DNA of 64,000 nt from Verrucomicrobiota bacterium (GTDB lineage: Bacteria > Verrucomicrobiota > Verrucomicrobiia > Limisphaerales > UBA11358), in contig JBEKYY010000012.1 in assembly GCA_049510395.1 (NCBI GenBank), forward strand, positions 7,530 through 71,529, given 5' to 3'. Numbering within the stretch: position 1 is the stretch's first letter; each line of letters starts with the position of its first letter. The translations under genes were made by a program, and so were the position numbers. The notes beneath the pieces were generated by a model. It saw only the letters and a program-made list of their open reading frames with translations. It was not told the origin of the DNA and did no database searches. Of this stretch, positions 47,107 through 55,700 are shown piece after piece.

Positions 47107-48099
47107 TCATTCCAGCCTCCGCTTGGATCTGCTATGTTCAGCGCCTCCTCCTCGCTGTATTTTCGGCGAGCCTGTATGATATAAAGTGGGTTCTTCGCGG
47201 AAAATTCCTCCATCTTCAACCCAAGCTAAGTCTCTCCCAATTAGAAGCTCGTTCATCTCAGCATGATGGGTGTTTTTCATCGCTACCGGCTTCGTCGCAA
47301 AACCATGTCGCTTCGCAAGGGCGCAAACCTCCTCGGCGTTGTCGTAGGTCAATAGAAAGTCGCCACGGAGTTTTTCGCAAAGTGAGAACAAACGTTCGTG
47401 GTCAACTTCGCAATGCGTGTAAAGTCGTGACCCGGCGCTTTTGCCGCCAGCCGTGTAAGGAGGATCAATGAAGAACACAGCGTCCGGTTCGTTCTGAAAA
47501 CGTGCGAGTTCTTCAAAAGCGTCGCTGTGTTTGAATTCGATTCGGTGTGCAATGTACCCGATGTCCGTTATTCGCTTGGCGATGGTTTGTGGATACCAGC
47601 GGGAGACAATGCCCTTCCCGTTTTCACCATGCTTGAGGACACCAGCCCCTTCAGCTAGGATTCCGCCGTGCGCTGTCCGGTTTTTCAAGACTGTTTGGAA
47701 AGCAAGCTCGCGCTGGCTTCTTGGCGTCTTTGCAAATTCTGCTTTGGCTGATTCGATGGTGAGATCAAAAGAAAGGATGCGCTTTGCAAGCCACTCTGCA
47801 TCACCGCCGAGAATCGTTTTCCAGACGGACGCAATCTGCTGATCGAGTTCCACCATGACAACTCGGTCGGCCAGTTGCTCGAAAGCGGCGGTCAAGCTGA
47901 TGATTCCCCCACCAGCAAATGGTTCAACTAGAACCGCTGGCTGTCTGGGCAGACTCATCATCCAACGACGGAAAAGCGGCACGAGCCATGTCTTCCCGCC
48001 CGGATAGCGAAATGGGCTACGCTGAGGAACAGAAGCAACGTTTACTGGCTTCTCGCGTTCCTCAGTTTCAAATTCTGGCAGCAAAAAAGTCTGTGACAT
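47107..48099 (-). CDS. DNA adenine methyltransferase, Dam-like (D12 class, m6A)
   Basis: FRYPGGK near the N-terminus, EPFAGGG (SAM motif) and the catalytic FFIDPPY motif. The last ~35 aa look non-conserved, so the 3' end may be extended. Confidence 0.85.
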   Translation of the reverse strand: MSQTFLLPEFETEEREKPVNVASVPQRSPFRYPGGKTWLVPLFRRWMMSLPRQPAVLVEPFAGGGIISLTAAFEQLADRVVMVELDQQIASVWKTILGGDAEWLAKRILSFDLTIESAKAEFAKTPRSQRELAFQTVLKNRTAHGGILAEGAGVLKHGENGKGIVSRWYPQTIAKRITDIGYIAHRIEFKHSDAFEELARFQNEPDAVFFIDPPYTAGGKSAGSRLYTHCEVDHERLFSLCEKLRGDFLLTYDNAEEVCALAKRHGFATKPVAMKNTHHAEMNELLIGRDLAWVEDGGIFREEPTLYHTGSPKIQRGGGAEHSRSKRRLE

Positions 48100-48102
48100 A
48101 AC

Positions 48103-48987
48103 TCATTTGCCAAAAGGATTTTCAAGCGTCCGATTTATCGGCGGCGTTTCCAGTTTCTCATCAACCTTCGTCTGAAGCTGGCGCAAGAAATCTTCCATCT
48201 TGCCGGGGCGCGATTTCGTAATCTGGTTGAGAGCAGGTTCAAACCGGGTATAAACAGTCCGCTCGCGGAACATCTCGTAATGCACGCCGGCAGTTGTTGG
48301 CGGCTTCAAATCGTAAATCAGCCAAGCGATGTCAGCTTTCTCTTTCGGAACTTCAGGCAGTTTTGGAAGTGTATTAAAAAATCCTGTATTGAGAGCAACG
48401 GCGGTCTTCTTGCCCCATGCGTTGATGATACCGCCTTTGAAGATCAACTGCGGGGCTAGACGCTTACGGGAAGATGACAGGTAATCTGGCCGCGGATAAT
48501 TTTCTTCAGTCGTCCAATCCATGCTAGCGTTTTTCGCGGGAGCTTCCATGTAATGCTCAAACGGATTCCGCACGTTCCCGGAAATGTAAACGGCCTGCAC
48601 TTCCAGCGCGCCAAAATCATAAACCTTGCCCGTCTTGTCGTAAGCACAGAGGACGATGTCAATGTTGCCAGCTGAGCCGCCGTCGCCGTCTTTCAAGCGG
48701 ACTTCCGTAAGTGTTGTCCATGTCGCACTGGCTGGGAAAAAGAAATCCGCCGCGTCGTCCGCAATCATCCAGCCTTGCCGGAAGCGAATCGGGCAAGTGA
48801 TGACGACTTCGTTTTCCTGGAACACGCTGCAAACCCCAAGTGGGTCTTGCGCTTTGTCTTTCGTACAGTTCGGAACCTTGTTGTTGAACGGGCAAAGACG
48901 CTTTGTTCGATGGCGGTTCGCTCCAGCACTCATGTCGCTAACCGGAAACCCGAAAACTTCTGCAAGCGGATGAAGAATCTTTGCCAT
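48103..48987 (-). CDS. Putative type II restriction endonuclease, NotI-family-like
   Basis: N-terminal Cys4 pattern (CPF...C...GVC...CPIRF) preceded by AEVFGFPV, a central ALEVQAVYISG motif and LSSSRKRLAPQLIFKGG. These resemble the NotI Fe-Cys4 / catalytic layout as I recall it. The stop lies 3 nt before the methylase start. Confidence 0.55.
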   Translation of the reverse strand: MAKILHPLAEVFGFPVSDMSAGANRHRTKRLCPFNNKVPNCTKDKAQDPLGVCSVFQENEVVITCPIRFRQGWMIADDAADFFFPASATWTTLTEVRLKDGDGGSAGNIDIVLCAYDKTGKVYDFGALEVQAVYISGNVRNPFEHYMEAPAKNASMDWTTEENYPRPDYLSSSRKRLAPQLIFKGGIINAWGKKTAVALNTGFFNTLPKLPEVPKEKADIAWLIYDLKPPTTAGVHYEMFRERTVYTRFEPALNQITKSRPGKMEDFLRQLQTKVDEKLETPPINRTLENPFGK

Positions 48988-49402
48988 GCGGCGAGTGTGT
49001 GGCGAAATTCCAGCGGCGTCAATTCTCGCCTGTGGTAGGACAGCGGTTGGTTAAAACAACTCCCTCTCCACCGGCGCGGGGGCAGACCCGCCTTCGTTAC
49101 CTTCGGCGCGGCAAATGAGGTCGGGATGCTCGTTGCGGACGTTGTTCACTTCACGGCTGACGGGATAACCGAGTTTTAAGGCGGTTCTCTAGCAATCACG
49201 TTCGCAACAGAGAGCACACTTTTGGATGTGAACAACTTGTTCTAGACAGGAAATGAGGTCGGCGTAGAGTGGTAATAAATCAGAAGGCCGGCATCGCAGA
49301 CCCGGTGGGCCTCAGTTTTCAGCGTTCGTTTGGCTGCGTTCGCACGCTTTTGTTAAGTCACTTAAAATCAATTCAAAAACATCAAAAACTCAGGAGCACA
49401 CC

Positions 49403-50065
49403 ATGAAAAAATACCTCTCAATATCAATCGCAAGCATTTTGGCCTTAAGCGCCCCCGGTATCGCCAAGGCACAGTTTTCCATTACCGCCACCATTGGTGG
49501 CGTTCCCACTGTGAGCGGCGCTTCGTTAGAGAATTTTGACGAACCGACGCCGTCCATTCTGACACTTTCCGGTCCCGCCTATCTTGTCACGGGAACGGTC
49601 ACGCCCGAGTTCAACTGCGCCCAGCCCTACTTCTCCGGTTCGACAGCAGCTTTTTTTGGCGAATCCCCGACCTATGGCCCAGATGACAGCCAATACGTCG
49701 CCGTCTGTTTTGACGGTTCGGCGACACTCAGCTTTTCAACCCCACAGCTTTATTTTGGACTCCTTTGGGGTTCAGTTGATACAGCCAACACCCTTACTTT
49801 CTACGACAGTGCGAATAACGTCATTGGTAGCGTTTCTGGGTACGACATTCCAATATACTATGGCGACAGCGGCCCGAGTGGTACCTTTTATGTCAACATT
49901 ACTTCCACGACCCCATTTTCGAGTGTTGTCGTCAGCACTCCGGCTGCAAATGCATTCGAGTTCGATGATGTTGCTTACGCACAGGTAGTTCCAGAACCCG
50001 CCAGCCTGTCATTGCTGGCCGTCGGCATGTTTGGGATAACTCTCTTGCGTCGGCATCAGCGTTAA
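49403..50065 (+). CDS. PEP-CTERM sorting-domain protein
   Basis: Signal peptide (ILALSAPGIAKAQ) and C-terminal VPEPASLSLLAVGMFGITLLRRHQR (PEP motif + TM helix + Arg-rich tail). Confidence 0.85.
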   Translation: MKKYLSISIASILALSAPGIAKAQFSITATIGGVPTVSGASLENFDEPTPSILTLSGPAYLVTGTVTPEFNCAQPYFSGSTAAFFGESPTYGPDDSQYVAVCFDGSATLSFSTPQLYFGLLWGSVDTANTLTFYDSANNVIGSVSGYDIPIYYGDSGPSGTFYVNITSTTPFSSVVVSTPAANAFEFDDVAYAQVVPEPASLSLLAVGMFGITLLRRHQR

Positions 50066-50285
50066 TCCATTAAGGCATCCCGAAGTAAATTAAGAAGCAA
50101 AACTCCACCGGCCATAAAACCGGCAGGGTTTTTCATTTCAGCAGCCGGAACAATTGATTTGAGCCGCACCCAATGGTTTTTTCATTGGAGGGGAGAATTT
50201 TTGGCAAAGGCTGATTTTGTCAGAATTCTGACAGAAGAAAATGGATATAATAACATGGACGCCCCTCAAAACCCTTGATTTTAAA

Positions 50286-50360
50286 TGGAGCCTGCTGTCA
50301 GGATTGAACTGATGACCCACGGTTTACAAAACCGTTGCTCTACCGCTGAGCCAAGCTGGC
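50286..50360 (-). tRNA. tRNA-Thr (anticodon UGU), 75 nt with encoded CCA
   Basis: Reverse complement: GCCAGCT TG GCTC AGCGGTA GAGC A ACGGT TTTGTAA ACCGT GGGTC ATCAG TTCAATC CTGAC AGCAGGC T CCA. A cloverleaf is recognisable. Two mismatches, A4:A69 in the acceptor stem and A49:C65 in the T stem. Folded by hand only. Confidence 0.75.
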
Positions 50361-50405
50361 GTCTCCACAGCCAACATCTTTGCTTTGCCCGGGTTTCCGG
50401 TTGGA

Positions 50406-52745
50406 CTAAAGAGATTGCGTACCCGTGCTGAAAGGTTTGATGACCGCCGCACCATGGGTTCCGCGCGGGCAGGTGACGATGGCCAGCACGGGTTTGCTGG
50501 CCGCCTCAACCGGTGGAAACCCCAGCGCCAACGCCAGATCCAGCAGCGGCTGCGCTCCCTCCAAACATCCCGCAACCGGCGCCGTCCGCACCACGCGCCC
50601 CGGCCACGCCGGATGCAACTGTTCCAGCAGGGATTGCGGCCCGTGAAAACAGACCGTGCCAACATGATCGCGCCCAAGGCCAGCCTGCCTGAGCGCGTCC
50701 TCAACGGCCTCTTCCAGCCCCCGCTCACCGGCGGCGCACGCGAAGCCGCAAATTTCAGCCAGAAGCTTCGCACCGCGCCGGCCGGCATGCCGCGCCGTTT
50801 CAAGCATCAGCACGACCGCGCCTTCGCCGGGCGGAATTGCATTTTCGCCGGAGAGCAAACCCGCTGAAAAGCTGTCCGCGAGAATGCGGTCCGAAAGTTC
50901 ATCCACCGCGCCGCACAGGATGGCCCCGGTGTGGCCGCAACGCAGCGCGGCCAGGGCCGGCCCCAAACCGAGCAACCCCCCGCCCGGCCCGGGACTCAAG
51001 GTCAGGTTGTGGCCCGACAGCATGAGCGCGCGGCACACATTGCCCGCCACGGAACCGGGGACGATGTAGGGGAATGCCGTCAGTTGTGTCACCTGGCGGT
51101 TGTTCGACAGGAACGAAGTCAGATACTCCGACTCCGCCCACGACGGCCCGGCGGACAGATTCAGGAACAAACCCAGCTTCGCCAGTGCGGACGGCCTCTC
51201 GGAAAATCCCGCTTCCCGGATTGCCAGACGCGCCGCCACCGTGGCCCAACGGCTCGAACGGTCCATGTGCCGGAGGTCCAGTCGGCGGTCAAATGTTTCA
51301 ATTCCTTTCTCATCCACCATCCCTGCAAGGAGAGGTGGAAGTCCGGGAATGGAAACGGTATGCACGACCGATTTACCGTTTCGCTGTTCGCGATCCAAAG
51401 CCTCCACGCCAATGCCCGCTGCGGAAACGACTCCGCACGCCGTGATGAAAATGGGTTCGCTTTCGTCACTGGTAGGGACGCGCTGCCGCGCGTCCTGGTC
51501 CCGCAAAGCGGGATCGGCCCTACCATGATCGGGATTCGACGACACCGCGAGCACCATACTCGCGTTATGTCCGCCAAATGCCGAGTTGTTGCTGAGGAAA
51601 ACTTGCGGCGACGGCCAGGTCCGTCCGACCTCCGGCACGCAGTCCAGCGCGCAGCCTTCGCGCGGCCCGGTAAAGTTGGCGGTGGGCGGCAGGACGCCCG
51701 ACTTCGCGCACACGATGCCGGCGATGGCTTCCACCGCCCCGGCCGCGCCCAGACAGTGGCCGACCATGCTCTTGGTGGAACTGATGGGCGTGCGTTCCGC
51801 CTGTGCGCCGAACACTTTGCGGACGGCTTTGGCCTCGGCCTTGTCGTTGGACTCGGTGCCTGTGCCGTGGGCGTTGATGTAAGAGATTTGTTCCGGCGAA
51901 AGTCCGGCATCGGCGAGCGCGCGTTGCATGGCCGTTGCCAGGCCACGTCCCCCCGGTTCGGGCGCGGAGCAATGAAACGCATCGTTGCTCATGCCCGAGC
52001 CGAGAATTTCAGCGCAGACAATCGCCCCGCGCTGGTGCGCGCCGGCAAGCGATTCCAGAAACACAAACGCCGCCGCCTCGCCCAGGTTCAATCCAAACGG
52101 CTTTGAAAACGGAGCGCACTTGCCTTCACTCGTCGCTTTGAGGCCCTCGAAACCGGCGAGCGTGCTGGTGGAAAAGGCGTCGGAACCGCCGGCCAGCGCC
52201 GCATCGAGCATCCCACACCGAATCAGGTCGGCCGCCAGCGCCATTGCCGCCGTGCTGGCGGAACAGGCGGTTACCACTGTTGTGGACAAACCTTGCACAC
52301 CAAGTTCGCGGGCCAGCACTCGCGCGCCGGTGTAATACCGCTTGGCCAGCAACTCCTCTTCAGTCAACCGCGGGTCGCCGCGGATGATCCGCTCGTAGTG
52401 AGATTCGATGAGCAGCATCGGCCCGGAACACGTCGCGAAGATAAGCCCCAGCCGCCGGCCAAAATTTTCCGGGCACACGACGGCGGCCGCCAGCGCCTCG
52501 CGCGCTGCCACCATTGCCATCTGAATGTGCCGGTCGAACCCGGCCAGTTCCGGCAGCGGTTCCAGCGCAGCGGCGGCGGTCCCGGTCAGCAGTCCGGCAT
52601 AGCGGGATTTGAAATGCGCCGCCCGGGGGTCGGTGATGGGCGACAAACAACAGACGCCCGCCGTGATGTTCCGCTGGAACTCGACGACGTTGGCGCCCGC
52701 GCCGGACAGCACGCCCAACCCCGTGATGACAACGCGGTGGCTCAT
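50406..52745 (-). CDS. Fused ketosynthase + chain-length-factor-like (degenerate KS) protein
   Basis: Start MSHRVVITGLG at 52745. KS half has an intact triad (TACSAS, NAHGTGTESND, MVGHCLG). The second KS-fold half lacks the active-site Cys (LSPGPGGG). Confidence 0.8.
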   Translation of the reverse strand: MSHRVVITGLGVLSGAGANVVEFQRNITAGVCCLSPITDPRAAHFKSRYAGLLTGTAAAALEPLPELAGFDRHIQMAMVAAREALAAAVVCPENFGRRLGLIFATCSGPMLLIESHYERIIRGDPRLTEEELLAKRYYTGARVLARELGVQGLSTTVVTACSASTAAMALAADLIRCGMLDAALAGGSDAFSTSTLAGFEGLKATSEGKCAPFSKPFGLNLGEAAAFVFLESLAGAHQRGAIVCAEILGSGMSNDAFHCSAPEPGGRGLATAMQRALADAGLSPEQISYINAHGTGTESNDKAEAKAVRKVFGAQAERTPISSTKSMVGHCLGAAGAVEAIAGIVCAKSGVLPPTANFTGPREGCALDCVPEVGRTWPSPQVFLSNNSAFGGHNASMVLAVSSNPDHGRADPALRDQDARQRVPTSDESEPIFITACGVVSAAGIGVEALDREQRNGKSVVHTVSIPGLPPLLAGMVDEKGIETFDRRLDLRHMDRSSRWATVAARLAIREAGFSERPSALAKLGLFLNLSAGPSWAESEYLTSFLSNNRQVTQLTAFPYIVPGSVAGNVCRALMLSGHNLTLSPGPGGGLLGLGPALAALRCGHTGAILCGAVDELSDRILADSFSAGLLSGENAIPPGEGAVVLMLETARHAGRRGAKLLAEICGFACAAGERGLEEAVEDALRQAGLGRDHVGTVCFHGPQSLLEQLHPAWPGRVVRTAPVAGCLEGAQPLLDLALALGFPPVEAASKPVLAIVTCPRGTHGAAVIKPFSTGTQSL

Positions 52746-52752
52746 GCTGGCG

Positions 52753-55700
52753 TTATGGCTGCCACCCTTTTCGCAGCGCCACGGCGAAGTTGTAGCCAAC
52801 GTCACTGCTGGCGAGCGCGAGGATGTATTCCGGCGTCCCGCATCCTTCCCGCTGGTCCAGCTCGCTGACGCCCGTGCGTTGCGGCCACAGTTTGCCGCCG
52901 GTTGCCAGCGCTTCCAGCGCGGCGGCCAGACTCACCAGAATGGAGGCCGACTCAATGTAGCCGGTGTTGAATGTGGTCGTTACCAGCGGCAACTTTTTGA
53001 AATCCGGGCCAAACAATTCTTCGCACACCGTGATTACCTTGAGGTCCTGGCGATTGCCCTGCGGCGCCCAGACGATGAGTCCGATTTGCGATGGCGTCAC
53101 TCCGGCGCGGGTGAGTGCGAGTTGCGCGGCGTGTTTCAAACCTGCCGGGCCGTTGTTCGGCGCGGTGAATCCCTCCGCGTCCATGCTCATGCCGTAACCG
53201 AGCACTTCCGCCAGCACGGCGGCGCCGCGCCCCAGCGCATTCGTGGCGGTTTCCAGCACCAGCGTGGCCGCGCCTTCGCCGAGCGCTTTCTGTTTTTCCC
53301 GGTCAAGCCGCAGGCGGTAATCCGACTCTTCCGCGCCCGCGTAGAGGAAGCCAATGCCGTCGTAGTTGTAAAACGTCTGCGCGTACACCTCGTCCGCCGC
53401 CCCTGCCAGGATGGCGCGGGCGCGTTTCCCGGCCAGCGCATCGAACGCATAGGCCAGACTTTGCAACCCGGCGTGCGGCCCGGCGGAGAGCGAGGCATTG
53501 ACGCCTTTGAGATAAAGCGCGTTGGACACCCAGCCAGCAGTCGAGTTCGCCACGATGTTGGAAAAACTGGTGACGTTGGCCTGAAACGAATCGCTGCTGA
53601 ACACGCTGTCCATGTGGCCCATTTCCGACGGGCCATTGCACACGCCCATGACCACTCCGATTTCCCCGGCATGGCCCGGCGAAACTTTCAACGCGGCGTG
53701 CTTCAGGGCCAGCCGGCTGGCAGCCACGGCAAACCGGCTGATGTGGTTCAAGCCCGCAAAATCAATCCGGCGGTCCACCTCGGCGGCTTTGAAGGACGCG
53801 ACTTGTCCCACCAATCGCGCGCGTTCGGCCCGCAGCGGGAAGGCGGCCACGGGTGTCAGCCCCACGGCATGGTTGCGAAGCTGCGCCAGCGTTTTCTGGA
53901 TGCCCAACCCCAGCGACGTGACCGCGCCGACGCCGGTGATGACCACGCGTTCGTTGATTTCCTTGCGCGCGGGTACGGGCGAATCCCACCTGGTCACAAC
54001 CACCGCGGCGTTGTTGCCGCCGAAAGCGTAGTTCGCTGAAATGAAGGCGTCGTATTTTTTGGGGCGCGCTTCGTTCGGCACGAAGTCGAGCGCGCAACCG
54101 GGACGCGGCCCGCTGAAGTTGAGCGTGGGCGGAATGAAACCGGCGTTCATCGCCAGCAATTGCGCGGTGGCTTCCAGGATGCCGGTCACGCCCATGCAAT
54201 GGCCGAAAAATGATTTGGTCGAAACTGCCGGCAGCGGATGTCCGTCCATGAACGCCGCCATGCCGCGCGCTTCGGCTTTGTCGTTGGCCTCGGTGCCGGA
54301 ACCGTGCGCGTTGATGCAGCCGAGGTCGCTGATTGAAAGTCCGGAATCCTCCAGCGCAGCGCGCAAGGTGCGTTGCGCCCCCGAACCGCGCGGGTCAGGC
54401 GTGGTGGGATGATAGGCGTCGGACGTGGTCGCATGACCGGCGAGACGGCCGAGACAGCGCGCGTGGCGAAGAATCGCCTTCTCCATGTCCTCGACCACCC
54501 AGAAGCACGCGCCTTCGCCGACGTTCATGCCGTAGGGCGTGGAGAACGGCGCCATGCGGCCGGGCGCAGTGGCCTTGAGCGCGTCGAAACCGGACATGTT
54601 GGCCACGCAAAGAACATCCGCTCCGCCCACCAGCACGGTGTCGTAATAGCCGCGGTTGATGAGCGTTTGCGCCAGTCCCAGCGCGACAGTGGTGGAGGAA
54701 CACGCGGTGGTGATGACCCACGTTTCGCCGCCGAACTTCAGCGCGCTGGCCAGCGCCTTGCCAAAACCGTAAAGCTGCGCCTGCAAGTTCATGCGCTCGT
54801 CGAAGGCGCGCGAACTGCGGCCGTGTTTCCAGGCGTATTCGGCTTCGGCGGAACAAAGCCCGCCGTTGCAGGTGCCAAGCACCAGCGCGATGTCGCGGCG
54901 GATTTCTTTTCCGTCCCGTTGCAGTCCGGCGTCGCGCAGCGCCCGGCGCGCGGCGGCGATGGCGTAGCGCAGGTAAAGGTCTTCGTATTCCTCGTTCTCG
55001 GCATCGGTGAGCCAGTCGCGCAGGTTGAGATGCTTCGCTTCGCCTCCCAGGTTGGAACGGAAATGGCGCGCGTCGAATCGCGTGATGGGCCGGATGCCAT
55101 GCCGGCCGTTGCGCAACGCCTCCGTCACCGTGGACGCGTCGTTCCCGATGGGGCTGATGAGGCCAAGGCCCGTCACGACCGCTTGCTGGCGCACGCCCTG
55201 GCGTTGGAGCGGCTTGCCGACCACTTGCGCGCCATCCTTCCAGGTCGCGGGTTCGAGGTGCGCGGCGTGCTGCGTTTTCTGCGCGCGAAAGAATTCGCGC
55301 CAGAGCCGGATAAATTCTTCGCGCAGCCGCTCCGGGGTGAAATTCATGGGGCGCGCGACCACATGAGCGCCGTTGTAATGCGACCATTGATGGTCGAAGA
55401 TGCGGCCCTGCCGTTTCATGCGGTCCCAGTGGACGGAGCCGGGATACGGCGTGAAAATGAAGAACTCCGCCGTGCGAATGCCGGCCTCCGCATACAACGC
55501 CAACACCCGGTCCACGACATCCGGTTCATCCCAGTCCCGGCCGATGCCGCAGGAACCGAAAAACCGGATGCCGCGGTCTTCCAGATTCCGGACGAGGTCC
55601 TTGAGCATCTGCCGCTCGCGGGCTTCGCCTTTGATGGCGCGGATGGAAACCGGGTCCACGTTCATCGTGCAGTAGAAATTCCGCACGCCGGCGCGGGTCG

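Noticed and set aside
49113-49262. 12-nt direct repeat AAATGAGGTCGG (49113 and 49251) as island att sites or an IS footprint
   Set aside because: By rough expectation (about 0.5 per window), a single 12-mer repeated within 150 nt is close to chance. No associated TIRs or coding remnants could be confirmed.
50324-50803. 159-aa minus-strand ORF overlapping tRNA-Thr and the KS-CLF gene end
   Set aside because: It overlaps a recognisable tRNA and the 3' end of a well-supported gene in another frame, and its composition is Arg-rich shadow-like.
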